A stretch of 64,000 bases of DNA from Mobula hypostoma (GCF_963921235.1 NC_086107.1:106828001-106892000), one strand, 5' to 3'; positions 13,426 to 37,701 are shown, counted from the stretch's first letter. Program-made: numbers and translations. The notes: generated by a model not told the origin, from the letters alone.

Positions 13426-14088
13426 GTTTTAATAATGCATTATGGTTGTATGTGAAAGTGCGTGAATGGCGTACGTCATCACACCATCGCGTGGTATGTG
13501 TACTCCCTTGCTTAAAGTAAAAACGAAGTACATGGCTTGTATCCCAGCTCCCTTGTTTTGCTCTCAATTAGTTTTTATGCTTTGGAGTTACAAAACATAA
13601 CAGTGGTGATGTGGAAATTTTAAACGAACCCAAGACAACTACCTACCTGTTGAAGTGCAGTGAGATGACTGAGTTAAAAAAAAAGCTCAGTGAGAAATGG
13701 TCAATTTTTTAAAAAGGCACAGGACTTTTTTTTCCTTTGGATTAGTATGTTTTCTTCCAAAAGGAAAAACGATTGAGTTAAAAAAGGCAGGGAATGGAAG
13801 AATACATGGGTCATAAATGGTGAGTGCTAGGTGATAATAATCATTAAAAAAGAGCAGAAATGGCTAGCTATATTGGAAATATTGACACAATCAATTGCTC
13901 AGTAGCTGCCTCACCTACACTGAGCAAATTGAGCTGTATTTTAATGCAAATGAAATAGCCAATGAGAAACAAGTGCTAATTTTGCTGAGTACATTGGGCT
14001 TAAAGGCATACAATTTACTTACATATTTAACTGCTCCAACCAAACTAGCTGAAATGAGCTTTGCTGATATTGTGAAAGTAATGGAAGA

Positions 14089-14470
14089 ATGAATAAACTC
14101 TTCTTGGGCTTCCAGCCAGGTACAGGTATTGATTATAACCGACGTTTCAATGACAAATTCTGTCATCTTCTTCAGGGATGATGCCTGGGCATGTCTAGTC
14201 CTGTGGTATTTATACCCCCATAGTCTGTCCCTCCTGATTGGATAGTCCTCATCCAATCAGGTTTCTGCTCTCTCACCTTGTTTATAACTGAATTCTGGTT
14301 TGTACTTAGATCGAGACCTTTGTCTTCGTTAAGATTCTTTTCCTCTAGTTTTAATTCCATGACTTCTTTCACCAGATGGTCCCAAAAGCACAGTAGCTTT
14401 GTGCTGTCGAAGTCAATCCTATAGCCATTTCAAATGCAGTGTGCTGCTACCACTGATTTCTCTGGGTAAT
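14089..14470 (-). mobile_element. Penelope-like 3' fragment (second family) inside Gypsy gag
   Basis: KEVMELKLEEKNLNEDKG resembles a GIY-YIG C-terminus; - strand hammerhead motif CTGAAGA-A-GATGACA..TGTCATT-GAAAC-GTC at 14138-14178. Confidence 0.7.
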
Positions 14471-17289
14471 TCAGGAAATTTGGAACTGAAACCAGAACAC
14501 TTTAGGTTTCAGTAAGTGGAAAGGGGAGTCCATTTCGGTATATGTGGCTGAATTGACAAAGTTATCTGAGCATTGCCTGTTCGATGATGGGCTTAATGAA
14601 GCACTAAGAGATTGTTTAGTTTGTGGAATCTTAAAAGAAAACATTCAAAAACAGCTTCAAACTGAAGCACAACGTACATTTAAAGGAGCAGTTGAAATAG
14701 CTGCATTAATGGCAACAGCAGACAGAGACGCACTTGAGTTGCAGTCAGGAAAGAAAGTGAGTGTGAAATTGTAATGTCTAACCAGAAACCAGCCTGGATG
14801 AACAAATTGTGTTACCGTTGTGGCAGGGGCTCACACACACCAGACCAATGCGGATTTAAAGTTGAAACACACAGAAAATGCTACAAAGTAGGACATATAC
14901 AAAGTGCACGTCGGGCAGACAAGAATCAGTGAATTGCACAGGGAAGAGAAAAAGCTAAGAGTCAAGCTGCAGTTTTACAAAGAGCACTAATCTGCATGCT
15001 GTTGATGAAAAATCTGATAATGATGAGAGAGACACACGACTGGGTAGCCTTGAGATATACAATGTGAAAACTAACGACAGACAAGCAATATGATTTACAT
15101 CAGAAGGGAATAGCAAATTAATTAAGATGGAATTGGACACTGGCTCGGCTACTTCAGTCATTCCACTAAAACAGCATTTCAAAGATACTGAACTGAAGCC
15201 TGCAGATATCCAGCTAAGAACTTCTGCTGGAGAAAAGATAACTCCTGTGGGAATCACATTTATAGCAGTGAAATACAACAACCAACAAGTCACATTGTGC
15301 TTGTATGTGGTAAAAACAGAAGGGCCAGCATTATGGGGCCGTGATTGGCTGAGACACTACACTTGATTGGAGATCCATCCCCCACCTGCATGCCACATCT
15401 TCTGCAATAAAGTCAACTGAAAGCGAATTAAGGAAGGTGCTGGATGATGCCACAGCAGTGTTCAAGGACGACTTTGGAAAACTTCAACATAACAAGGGTA
15501 AAATAGGGTTAAATGAAAATGCCATACCCAAGTTTTGCAAAGCACGTCCGGTTCTTTACATCATCCGTGATAAAGTAGCCAGTGAGCTAGATCACATCGA
15601 GTCTGAAGGAATTCTTTCCAAAGTTCAGTGGAGCCCATGGGCAACGCCAGTGGTGCCAGTACCCAAGAAGAATAGGTCTGTCAGAATCTCTGGTGATTTT
15701 AAGGTCACCATCAACCCAGTACTGAAAGTGGATCAATACCTAGGCTGGAGGATATATTTGCAAACCTTTCTGGAGGGAAACACTTCAGCAAAGTGGGCTT
15801 ACCTGAGGTCTTCCTACAGATGGAGATGGTAGAAGGGAACAAAGTGTTTCTCACCATAAACATTCACAAAGGGTTTTATCGCTGCAATCGGCTCAATCTT
15901 AGAGTAGCTCTGCTCCTGCACTCAGGCAGCCATGACTGCAAGACTGTCCAGGCACTCATTGTTACCTGGATGACATCATTGTTACTGGTAAGGATGACAA
16001 GGATAACATCTCCAAAACCTCAAGATAGTGTTAAAAAGATTAGAAGATTATGGGCTCAGATTGATGCACAAAGATTACACAAGTGTGCTAAGAAAATTCA
16101 AGTAGTGGTGGATGCCTTAAGGCAAAAGGACATGTCACAGTTGCGATCCATTTTTTAGGATTTGTCAATTACTATAACAGGTTCCTACCAAAATTGGCTA
16201 CTGTGCTCCACCCCTTGAACTCATTACTACAAGTTGGGAAGAAATGACAATGGACAAAGAAGTGTGAGGTGGTTTTCAAAAAGGTAAAGGAAGTGGAGAT
16301 GTCAGACACTGTACTCACACATCATGATCCATATCGTCCATTGAAACTTGCCCTGCATTGTGCGGGATGCCAACACATCCAGAAGAAAGATGTCCAGAGC
16401 CGTCAGAACCACTTCCTGAAGTCCTAGAATCATCTCCTACAATGACCGTGGAGGAGGTCCTGGAACCTGAAGTTGTTTCACGGCCACAAGCCTCACCTGC
16501 CAAGCAGTATGACCTCCCAGTCAGGAATGATGTTATCCCACAAGAGTAAAAAATCCTCCACAGCGATTAAATCTTTAGGCCTGAATGGACAATTTAAGAT
16601 TTACTATGGTATGGATGTTTATCTAGTAGTTGTATTATATAGTATGCAGAGTATATTTGTATATAAGTTGAGATGCATTCTATATTGAGTTAGTTTATAG
16701 TTGAGTAGGGAGGAGTGTTGTGTATTTAATATATCAGTAGTATTTGAATAATATTGTAAATATATGGTTTGATTAAGCATTCTTGGTTGTTTACATAATT
16801 CATTATGGGTTATACTGTATGTACAAAGTATGTGAATGGCATACGTCATCACGTCATCATGTGATACCCGCGTGTTTCACTTCAAGTAAAGTAGTTCACA
16901 ACTTATCGCCTCGCTCCCTTGTTTTTCGTTCAATAAGTTTTTATGTTTCAGAGTTACAAAACATAACAAGGGGTACAGAGAGGGTAAATACAAGCAGCCT
17001 TTTTTTTTCCACTGAGCTTGAATGAGACCGGAACCAGAAGTCATGGGTTAAAGGCGAAAGGTGATATGTTAAAGGGGGAACTTCGCTCAGAGGGCGGTGA
17101 GAATGTGGAACGAGCTGCCAATGCAAAGTTTGGATGCGGGTTCAATTTCAACGTTAAAGGGAAGTGTCGCGATGGTTGCAAGTGCGGAGGAACAGCAGAC
17201 TCGCTCTGTCGTGGTGGTCGCTGGTAGCGACTTAACCCAGGTGTGGGGGAGCAGCAAACTCCTCATGGAGAGACAGAGCAAGGAAAGCA

Positions 17290-20040
17290 TCTGAAGGGAT
17301 CAGATCCTTCCCTTCTTGAAGAGTGGAGTGACATTGGCAACTTTCAGTCCTCCAGAACCATTCCAGAATCTAGTGATTCTCAAAAGATCATTATTAATGC
17401 CCTCACGATCTCTTCAGCCACCTCTTTCAGAACCCTGGTGTGTACACCATCTAGTCCAGGTGACTTATCTACCTTCAGACCTTTCAGTTTCACAATAAAC
17501 TCCTCTTCAGTAATGATAACTTCACACACTTAATGACCCCTGACACCTGGAACTTCTACCATACTGCTAGAGTCTTCCACAGTGAAAAATACCTGTTCAG
17601 TTTGTCCACCATTTCCTTGTCCCACATTATTACCTCTCCAGCATTGTTTTCCACCACTCTGATATCCATTCTCACCTCTCTTTTATGCTTTATGTATCTG
17701 AAGAAACTTTTGGTATCCTCTTTAATATTATTGGCTAGCTTATTTTCATATTCCATCTTTACCTTCTTAAATACTTTTTTAGTTGCCTTCTGTTGACTTT
17801 TCAAAGCTTCCCAAACCTCTAATTTCCCACTAATCTTTGCTCTATTATATGCCCTCTCTTTGGCTTTTATGGTGGCTTTGACCTCTCTTGTTAGCTGCAG
17901 TTTTGTCATCATTCCTTTAGAATACTTCTCCCTCTTTGGGATGTATATATCCTATGCCTTCTGAATTGCTTCCAGAAATTCCAGCCATTGGTGTTCTACC
18001 ATCATCTCTGCCAGTGTTCCTTTCCAATCAATTCTGGCCAAATCCTCTCTCATGCCCCTGTAATTCCCTTTACTCCACTGTAATACTGATACATCTGACT
18101 TTAGCTTCTCCTTCTCAAATTTAATGGCGAATTTGATCGTATTGTGATCACTTTCCCCGAAGGGTTCTTTTACCTTAAGCTCTCTAATCAATTTTGGTTC
18201 ATTGCACAGCACCCAATCCAGAATAGATGATCCTCGAGTGGGCTCAAAGCTGCTCTAAAAAGCCATTTCATAGGCACTCTTGAAATTCTCCCTCCTGGAA
18301 TCCAGCACCAGCCGAATTTTCCCAGTCTACCTGCATATTGAAGTCCCTCATGACTAATGTAACATTGCCCTTTGGGCAGCATTTTCTATCTCCTGTTGTA
18401 ATTTGTAGACCACTTTCCCACACACTACTGTTTGGGAATCTGTATACAACTCCCATGAGGGTCTTTGTACACTTGCATTCTTTAGCTCTATCTACAATGA
18501 TTAAACACCTTCCGACTCTATGTCACCTCCTTCTAATGATTTGATTTCATTCTTTACCAACAGAGCAACGCCATCCTATCTGCCTTCCTGCCTATCCTTT
18601 CGATAGAATGTGTATCCTTGGTCATTAGGCTCCCAGCTACAATCTTCTTTCAGCCATGATTCAGTGATGCCTCTAACATCATTCCTGCCAACCTGCAACT
18701 GTGCTGCAAGTTCATCTACCTCATTTTATATACTGTGCGCATTCAAATTTAACACCTTCAATTTTGTACTCTTCCTTTTTGATTTTGTCTGCATTTTACA
18801 TTGCAGCTCATCCCGTTGACTGCAATTTTGCCCTATCAACAGCCTCTCCTCACTACACATTGCCTCTGTTTGTAAACCAGCTACCTCATCTTCAGCACTA
18901 TCATCCGCCTTTCCTATGATACTTCTTGCATTGAAGTATATGCAGCTGAGGACGCTAGTTGCACCAATCTCAACATTTTGATTCTAACTTTGTCTGAGGT
19001 CTTACCAACATCTGCCTCCACAACCTCTCCACTATCTGTTCTGGCATTCTGGACCCCACCCCCCTGCAATTCTAGTTTAAACCCCACCGTGCAGCATTAA
19101 CAAAAGCCCTCCAGTTCAGGTGCAAACCACCCCTTCTGTACAAGTCCCACCTTCCCTGGAAGAGAGCCCAGTGATCCAAAAATCTTATGCCCTCCCTCCT
19201 ACACCAACTCCTCAGCCATATGTTAAACTGTATGATCTTCCTAGATCCTAGTTCTGGCCTCACTAGCGCAACGGGTAGCAATCCTGAGATCACAACCCTG
19301 GAGGTCCTGCCTTTTAACTTAGCACCTAACTCCCTGAACTCCCTTGCAGAATCTTGTCAGTCATCCTGTCCATGTCACTGGTACCTACATGGACCACAAC
19401 TTCCGACTGTTCATCCTCTGAATACTGAGGACTTGATATCCTGGACCCGGGCACCCAGGAGGCAACATAGCATCCAGGGATGTCGTTCTCGCTCTCAGAA
19501 CCTCCTGTCTGATCCCCTAACTAATGAATTCCTCCTCAACAGCACGCCTCTCCTTCCCCCTTCCCCCCTGAGTCACAGAGGCAGACTCAGTGCCAGAGAC
19601 CCGATCACTGTAACTTTCCTCTGTTAGGTCATCCCTGCCGACGGTAGCCAAAGTGATATGCCCATTGTTGAGGGGGATGGCCACAGGGGTACTCTGCACT
19701 GACTTCTTAAACCCCTTCCCTTTCCTGTCACTCAGTTTCCTGTGTGCTGCGTCTTAGGTGTAACTACCGCTCTATATGTCCTATCTTTCACCCCTTCACC
19801 CTCCCGAATGATCCAGAGTTCATCCAGCTCCAGCTCCAAATCCTTAATATGGATTGTAAGAAGCTGCAGCTGGATGCACTTCTCACAATTGTAGCCGTCA
19901 GGAACACTGGAGATCGCCCTGCCTTCCCACATCCCGCAAGAGGAGCATTCAACTATTCTGCCTGGCATCTCCACTGTTGTATCTGAGCAAATGTAAAGAC
20001 GGAAAGGAGAAAAAAAAAATTAACCTTGAGTTTTTCTTTT
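17290..20040 (-). mobile_element. CR1 LINE 5' half (ORF1 and ORF2 endonuclease), degraded
   Basis: ORF1 zinc finger ECSSCGMW...CEKCIQLQLL; SGNH-esterase FLDHWALFQGRWDLYRRGGLHLN; APE motifs GVVYR, DFN, GESDHN. Confidence 0.9.
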
Positions 20041-20679
20041 CTTCTGCTTTCTCTGATTGAAATGGCGGCTGGTCTGAGATTCGATCCTGGACTGGAATTG
20101 TCTCTTGGCTTCCATCATATCGTAACATTTTGTAATTCACTTAATTTGAATGCCATATTTATATTTGCAGACTTCAGTGAAGAATGGATCTCCCTGTTCA
20201 TCCATAGCTTGTGGTTTGGGAATGCCCAGGTTGTCCTCTTTGATACACAGTCTGAAGAACAGGCATAGATTTGACAGGCTGAATGGCCTACCTCAAATGG
20301 AAGTGTGAAAAACCACCTTAAAATTTGAGCTAGGCTGCTTAGAGAAGATTACTGCGAGCATCTCTTTACAAAACGTATGGTGCAAAACTGGAATCCCGGT
20401 TGTTGAAGCTAAAATTTCAGTGCTGAGATTGATTGAGCTTTGTTACACAGAAGGATTAAGGGTTACAGAACCGAGGCAGGTAGTTAGGAATAGAATACTG
20501 ATCTAATTGGATAGTGTCATGTTCTCAAGGGGCTAGTGAAACCAGTCATTCAGACCAGGCAGTGGCAGAGCTGATTTGTCCAGTTTTTTAATTTACTTCA
20601 GTATAAGGCATTTGTACATTAACTCAAGCAACATGTAACCAACAGGGAGAAAGTCGTCATTCAGAAAACACGCACGCAT

Positions 20680-20714
<35 letters not shown>

Positions 20715-20719
20715 ATGTT

Positions 20720-21384
20720 TTTCAAGGAAGTTACCAGGGAAGTTGATGAAGGCAAGTCAGTAGATGTTGTCTACATTGACCTTAGCGAGGCCTTTGACAA
20801 GGTCCCTCATGGGAAATTGTTCAAGAAGGTTCAGTCGCTCAGCATTCGGGATGGCTTTGTGGAAGAAGCCAGAGATTGGAGGTAGATGGTTGCCTCTCTG
20901 ACTGAAGGCCTGTAGCTAGTGGTTTGCCGCAGGGATCGGTGCTGGGTCCATTGATGTTTACTATCCATATCAATGATCTGGATGATGGTGTGGTAAACTG
21001 GATGAGCAAATCTGCAGATGACACCAAGATTGGAGGTGTAGCGGACAGCAAGGAAGACTATCAATTGCAGTGGGATCTGGATCAACTGGAGAAATGAATT
21101 GAAAAATAGCAGGCAAAATTTACTGCAGACAACTGCGAGGTCTTGCACTTTGGGAGGATCAACCAAAGTAGGTCTTACACCATGAATGGTAGGGCACTGA
21201 GGAGTGTGGTCGAACAGAGGGATCTGAGATTACAGATCCATGATTCCTTGTTACAGGTGGTGAGGCTTGTAAAGAATGCTTTTGGCACATTGGCCCTCAT
21301 AAATCAATGTACTGAGTTGGGATGTTGTGCGGAAATTGTGTAAGATGTTGGTGAGGCCTCATTTGGAGTATTGTGCGCAGCTCT
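20720..21384 (+). mobile_element. Degraded CR1 RT fragment
   Basis: AFDKVPH, PQGSVLGP, ADDTKIGG motifs with stops. Confidence 0.85.
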
Positions 21385-23870
21385 AATCCCTGCCGTGTTT
21401 TCACTATTCCTTCTGACTTTCCCCTTTCTAAGATGGAGCGTTGTGTCCTCAGAAAGGGCCTTAACTTTCTCCCCTTTCACTTGCACCTCAGTGTGTTCCA
21501 CACCTACCATGATGCCAAACTCTTCTTCCGTTGCCTCCATCTCCAAGCTCACTTCATTTGCAAGAAATCCCCACCCCGCACTGATAACCCCTCTTCCCGT
21601 CTCCAAACCTCCTTCTCTTCTAGGATACCGTATTCTGGTTCTCTGCCTGCTCGAGACCTTGTCGTTTCTAATTGCTGATGAGACGTCATCCTTCTCGACT
21701 TCACCATTCCTCTCTCCTCCTTGAACCTTACTCCCTCTGAATTCACTGCCCTCCACTCGCTCCACACCAATCCCAACCTTACCATCAAACCTGCTGTCGT
21801 AGTGTGGCGGACTGACCACCTACCTTGCTGAGGTCAGATGGCAACTCTCAGACACCTCCTCTTACTTGCCCCTCGAAAAGGACCCCACTCTGCACCATCA
21901 GATAATTGTCTCCAGCACCTCATCAACTCTGGAGACATCCTATCTACTGCCACCAAAACTCATAGTTCCTTTACCATGCACTGCTCATTTTTAACTCCTA
22001 CCCAAGATCCACAAACCTCACTGTCCAGGTAGGTGCATTGTCTCTGCCTGCTCCTGTCCCACAGAACTTGTGTCCTCATACCTCAGCTCTATTCTATCCT
22101 TCTTGGTTCAGTCCCTTCCCACCTACATCCATGACACTTCTCATCCTCCCAATCTCCTCAACAACCTTCAATTCCCTGACCCTGTCCTCCTCATTTTTAC
22201 TGTGGATGTCCAGTCCCATCCAGAAGGCCTCAAAGCTCTCCGCTTCATTTCTCAAGGAAACGCCCGACCAGTTCCCCTCCACCACCACCTGTCTCTGTCT
22301 GGCAGAACCGGTCCTCACCCGCTGCAATTTCTCCTGCGGCTCCTCCCACTTCTCCAGACTCAAGTGGTAGTTGTGTGCACCCACGTGGGCCCCAGCTCTG
22401 CCCGCCTTTTTGTTGGCCACATAGATAGTCCATGTTGCAAGCCATCCATGATAATGCTCGCAACCCAACTCTTCCTGCGCTACATTGAGGACTGCATTGG
22501 TGCTGCTTCATGCACCCATGTTGAGCTCAAACATTTCATGAACTTTGCCTTCTGCTTCCACCCTGCCCTTAAATTCACTTGGTCCATTTCTAAAACCTCC
22601 TTCTCCTTTCGTGATCTCTCTGCCTCCATCCCTGTAGACAAACTGCCTACGGACATATTTTATAAACCTACCGATTCCCATGGCTATCTTGACCATATGT
22701 CTTTACACCCTGTCTCCTGTAAAAAGGTTATTGCTTTTTCTCAGTTCCTTCATCTCCACTGCATCTGTTCCCAGACTGAGGATTCCATTGCAGGACATCA
22801 GAGATGTTCTATTTCTTCACAGAATGGGGTTTCTCTTCCTTAACTATTGATGCTGCCCTCACCGACATCTCCTCCTTTTCCTGAACATCTATGCTCATCC
22901 CCTCTTCCTGCCGCCTTAACAGTGACAGAGTTCCTCTTGTCCTCATCTACCACCGTATGAGCCTTTGCATCCAACACATCATACCCAACACACCATCACA
23001 TCTTCCGCCATCTCCAAAGGGACCCTACCACCAAACACATCTTTACCTCCCTCGCGCCCCCCCCACTCTCTGCTTTCCGCAGGGATCGCTCCCTCAATGA
23101 TTCCCCTGTCCATTTGCTTCTCCCTACTAATCTCCCTCCTGGCACGTACCCCTGCAAGCCGCTAAAATGCTACACGTGCCTACCTACCTTCTCCCACACC
23201 TCCATTCGAGACCGCAAACAGTCCTTCCAGGTGAGTCAACACTTCACCTGCAAATCTGTTGGGTTTGTCTATTGTAACCAGAGCTTCCGATGCGGCCTTG
23301 TCTACATTGGTGAAACCCAACGTAAATTGGGGGCAAACAACAGGAATTCTGCAGATGCTGGGAATTCAGGCAACACACATCAAAGTTGCTGGTGAACGCA
23401 GCAGGCCAGGCAGCATCTGTAGGAAGAGGTGCAGTCGACGTTTCAGGCTGAGACTCTTCATCAGTAAATTGGGGGACAGCTTTTTTGAACACTTCCGCTC
23501 CATTTGCCAAAAGAGGAATTTCCTGGTAGCCAACCATTTTAATTCCTATCCCCATTTCTACTTCAACGTCGGTCCATGGCCTCTTTTGCCATGATGAGGT
23601 AACTCTCAGGGTGGAGGAACAACACCTTATATTCTGTCTGAATAGCTTCCAACTTTCTGTCATGAACATCGATTTCTCCTTCCAGTAAAAACAAATCCCT
23701 CTTTTTCCATCCCCGACTGTGGCCTTTTACCTCTTCTCTCCTCCTGCCCATCACCTTCCCCTGGTGCCCCTCCTTCTACCCCTTCAGCTATTGTCCACTC
23801 TCCTTTCCTATCAGATTCCTTCTTCTCCAGCCCTTGACCTTTCCCACCCACCTGGCTTCACCTATCATCT
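21385..23870 (+). mobile_element. Penelope-like element, degraded RT + GIY-YIG endonuclease
   Basis: RT motifs (LRYIEDC, DIFYKPTDSHGYL) in ORF 22070-22843; GIY-YIG VYCNQSFRCGLVYIGET at ~23260-23320; interrupted at 23334-23463 by a younger pLTR piece with TSD GTAAATTGGGGG. Confidence 0.9.
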
Positions 23871-24892
23871 CACAAACAAGGGAAGATCTGCAGATGCTGG
23901 AAATCCAAGCAACACACACACACACAACCATTTTAATCCCACTCCCCATTCCCATTCTGACATGTCAGTCCATGACCTCCTCTACTGTTGCAATGAGGCC
24001 ACATCAGGTTGGAGGAACAACACCTTATAGTCTCTCTGGATAGCCTCCAACCTGATGGCATGAACATTGATTCCCTGAACTTCTGGTAATGACTCCCCAC
24101 CCCCACCCCCCTTTCCTTGACCATTCCCCATCCCCTTTTCCCTCTCTCACCTCATCTCCTTGCCTGCCCATCGCCTCCTTCTGGTGCTCCTCCCCCCGTT
24201 TTCTTTCTTCCACGGCCTTCTGTCTCTTTCACCCATCCCCAGCTCTTTACTTCATCCCTCCCCCTCCTGGTTTCACCTATCACCTGGTGTTTCTCCCTCC
24301 CCTCCCCCAATTTTCAAATCTACTCCTCATCCTTTTTTACCTCCAGTCCTGCCGCAGGGTCTCGGCCCAAAACGTCGACCGTTTTCTCTTTTCCATAGAT
24401 GCTGCCTGGCCTGCTGAGTTCCCCCAGCGATTTGTGTGTTAGTGGACCCCATCAAGTCGAGGTTCAATTCCCGCCGCTGCCTGCAAGAAGTTGTTATGTT
24501 CCCCCCAGTGACTGCGTGGATTTCCTCTGGGTGCTCTGGGTTCCGTCCCACATGCCTAAGACGTACCAGTTAGGGTTAATGAGTTGCGGGCATGCTATTT
24601 TGGTGCCAGAAGCCTGGCGACACTTGCAGTCGCCCCCAGTGCAATGCTGGCTGATCTGATTTGATGGAAATGATGCTTTATACTGTGTCTTTCAGTGAAC
24701 ACATGACAAATAAAGCTCATCTTTATCATTAACTTTAAGATCAGCCTTTTCCAACCATGAAGGAGAACGGGTGTGTTATCTGCTGCAAGCACGAAGCCAA
24801 AAGAAATAAATGCTTCACCTCAGCAATTCCAACATTCCATATGCAAAAAAATAAAAGAGTATCACCTTCATGAAGGAAGGACAAAATATATG

Positions 24893-25500
24893 CAGTGGCC
24901 ACTTTATTAGGTACACCTGTACACCTGCTCATTAAAGAAAATATCTAATTAATCGATCATAAAAGCATGCAGACGTGGTCAAGAGGATCATACATCGTTA
25001 AGACCAAATATCAGATTGTGGTTGAAATGTGATCTCAGTGACTTTGACTGTGGAATAACTGTTGGTGCCAGACGGCACACACAAAATGCTGGAGAAAATC
25101 ATCAGGCCAGGCAGTATCCATGGAAATGAATAAACAGTCGATGTTTCGGGCTAAGATGCTTCTTCAGGACTGAGTAGAAATGTTGACTGTACCCTTTTCC
25201 ATAGATGCTGCCTGGCCTGCTGAATTCCTCCAGCAATTTGAGAGTGTTGCTTGGGTTTCCAGCATCTGCATATTTTATTGTGTTTGTGGTGCCAGAAGGG
25301 GTGGTTTGAGTATTTCAGAATCTGATCTGGGATTTTCATGCACAGCGGTTGCTGGAGTTTACAGAGAATGGTGAGAAAAACAAAACAAAATTAAAATCCA
25401 GCGAAGAGCATTTCTGTGGGTGGAAATGCCTTGTTAATGGGAGAGGTTAGAGGACAATGGCCAGACCAGTTCAAGCTGACAGGAAGGCAACAATAAACTT
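24893..25500 (+). mobile_element. Tc1 transposon 5' fragment
   Basis: CAGTGGCCACTTTATTAGGTACA TIR-like start; N-terminal DLSDFD..VGARRGGLSISE..GFS...VYREW; split by a Penelope piece with TSD TGGTGCCAGA. Confidence 0.75.
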
Positions 25501-25519
25501 GTTACAACTGTGCTTACGT

Positions 25520-25760
25520 TCCCAGGGCACAGGCCTGAGCAAGGTTGTATGGAAGACAGGTAGTTGCCTATGCTGCAAGTCTCCCCTCTCTACGACACCG
25601 ACGTTGTTCAAGGGAAGGGCAAGGGCCGATACAGCTTGGCACCAATGTCGTCGCAGAGCAATATGTGATTAAGTGCCTTGCTCAAGGACACAATATGCCG
25701 CCTCGGCTGGGGCTCGAACTCACGACCTTCAGGTCACTAGTCGAATGTCTTACGTGCCCA
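25520..25760 (-). mobile_element. tRNA-derived SINE
   Basis: B-box GTTCGAGCC on -; body shared with 47776-48000 (GTGTCCTTGAGCAAGGCACTTAA). Confidence 0.7.
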
Positions 25761-26359
25761 CATACTCAAATACAGCAGCCAATTAATCTTCAAATATTCA
25801 AATATTACTGAAACATTAAATATGCAATAGTAAAGAGCCACCCAAAAATTATAGTGTAATTTCAATGATAAGGGAACATTAAGGAATTATTTTTCTACAA
25901 TTAAACATAGACAACAGAACTACTATCTGGTAGGGTCAGTAGACAGTACCCTCACTCGTGAATCAGAGTGTAGTAGATTCATAGCTTATTGGAGTTGAGC
26001 ACAATAGTCTAGGCCAGGGGTTCCTAACCTTTTTATGCCATGGACTAATAGCATTAAGCAAGGAGTCTGCACCCCAGGTCTAGACAAATGGAAATGAATA
26101 AACAGTCCAAGTTTCGGGCCAAAATCCTTCATCAGTCCAGTAAACCACATCAGTTTATTCATTTCCATTGATTCTGCCGAACCTGCTGCGTTCCTCCAGC
26201 ATTTTGTGTGCGTTGCTTCTGACTTCCAGCGTCACGAGTCTAGGCGAATTGCGCTGCTACTGGGAGAATGCTATTTTTTTTATATTGGAGTTGCCATCCT
26301 TCAGATAAGACATTAAACAGTGGATGTGAAATAAATCATAATAGTGTTTGCAGGCAAGG

Positions 26360-26439
26360 CAGGGGTTTCCAACCTGGGGTCCACGAACCCCTCGGCTAAT
26401 GGTCGGGGTCGATGGCATAAAAAAGGTTGAGAACTCCTG
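26360..26439. mobile_element. hAT (Charlie-like) MITE; relatives near 26013, 29602 and 31830
   Basis: CAGGGGTT(T/C)CCAACC...GGTTGAGAACTCCTG TIRs with imperfect 8-bp TSDs. Confidence 0.7.
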
Positions 26440-26707
26440 TTGCAAGGAGCTTTACAGAGCTGTTATTGTTCCCCGTTGCTGACTATGAGAACTTTGCTCT
26501 GTCAAAAAAAAGCAGTATTTTTTCCTTCAAAAACGTTTGCAGAGGTGAGAAATATATCCAAAAATTACAACCATCCCTTTGCACGTAGGAGGCAAAGAAC
26601 ATTGTAGGGAATGCGGGATAAATACTAAAGTAGGGAAAAATACTTTAATATATTGGAAATAATTCCAAGTTTAAAGTTTTAAGCGCGAATTCGTATAATA
26701 TGACGCA

Positions 26708-26770
26708 GAGGAAGTGACGTCACGCCCCGGTATAAAAGGGCGAACGCGGGCGGCGGCTTTCTCTTTCTGT
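26708..26770 (+). promoter_or_regulatory. RPL3: RPL3 core promoter
   Basis: GGAAGTGACGTCA overlapping ETS/CRE (26710-26722); TATAAAA 26731-26737; polypyrimidine initiator CTTTCTCTTTCT 26757-26768 (TCT/5'TOP); YY1-type AAAATGGCG at 26962-26970 in intron 1; CpG-rich. Confidence 0.85.
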
Positions 26771-26786
26771 CAGGCCTGGTTGAGGA

Positions 26787-37036
<10,250 letters not shown>

Positions 37037-37063
37037 ATTTTGAGCCAATGATTCTAATTGATC

Positions 37064-37069
37064 AATAAA
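37064..37069 (+). terminator. RPL3: RPL3 polyadenylation signal
   Basis: AATAAA about 30 nt after the stop; GT/T-rich sequence downstream. Confidence 0.8.
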
Positions 37070-37701
37070 TACTGCTTTTAAAAAGCAAATTACATTAAAT
37101 ATTTGGTCTTTATGTGTTCAGTTATTTGTTTCCAAACTGCTTTTCCATTTCCTTTGCTATTAATTCACCACAGTTCCAAAAGTGTATAGCATTCCTTTTG
37201 GGGTAATTACAGCAGTTGTCCCATTCTTGGCTTAGCATGGTGTCATCTAGAACTATATTCTCCCTGTTGCTTTGCCATCTGGGTTTGTAGCATAATTGGA
37301 TTTAGCTATAGGGATAACAATACCAATCAAAAATGTGGGTCAACAATTACTAGATGTGAACTACCAGCAAGATTACTGTGAAGCATTTTCTTGTAGTTTT
37401 CTTATCAAACCCAAACCTAACCCTGATATTTGACTGGAATTTTCCTTAAAATTGCAGTCAAATTTGCCAATCCATTAACACCTGTTTTAATGTCTGATGG
37501 AGATGATGCCTAGCTTTAAAAAAAAACTTATTATCTTTAGCTATGTTGTATATTGTACAATTCTACATAGAATTGGATCTAGTATAATTGACATATTTAC
37601 ATTAGTTGGTGTAGTTTTGGATTGAGAGCTACATATTAGCACCAGGGAGGACTGGTGTTTACAAATGCTTAACAGCTTTTGTGATCTTGAACCTTCTATC
37701 A

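Larger units (their letters stand above)
12880..16968 (+). mobile_element. Decayed Ty3/Gypsy LTR retrotransposon
   Basis: 5' LTR ~12880-13601 (interrupted) followed by a TGG PBS-like site. Gag with CCHC-like knuckles (~14810-14910), protease MELDTGS (15127), RT motifs WATPVVPVPKK and YLDD (~15960). PPT AGTAGGGAGGAG, then 3' LTR 16716-16968. Many stops/frameshifts; no integrase recognisable. Inserted in a CR1 fragment. Confidence 0.9.

Noticed and set aside
20171..20229. Isolated exon-like segment (DFSEEWISLFIHSLWFGNAQ)
   Set aside because: Weak donor, no recognisable protein, no partner exons.
20680..20712. (CA)n microsatellite as a finding
   Set aside because: Ordinary simple repeat; likewise at ~58710-58752.
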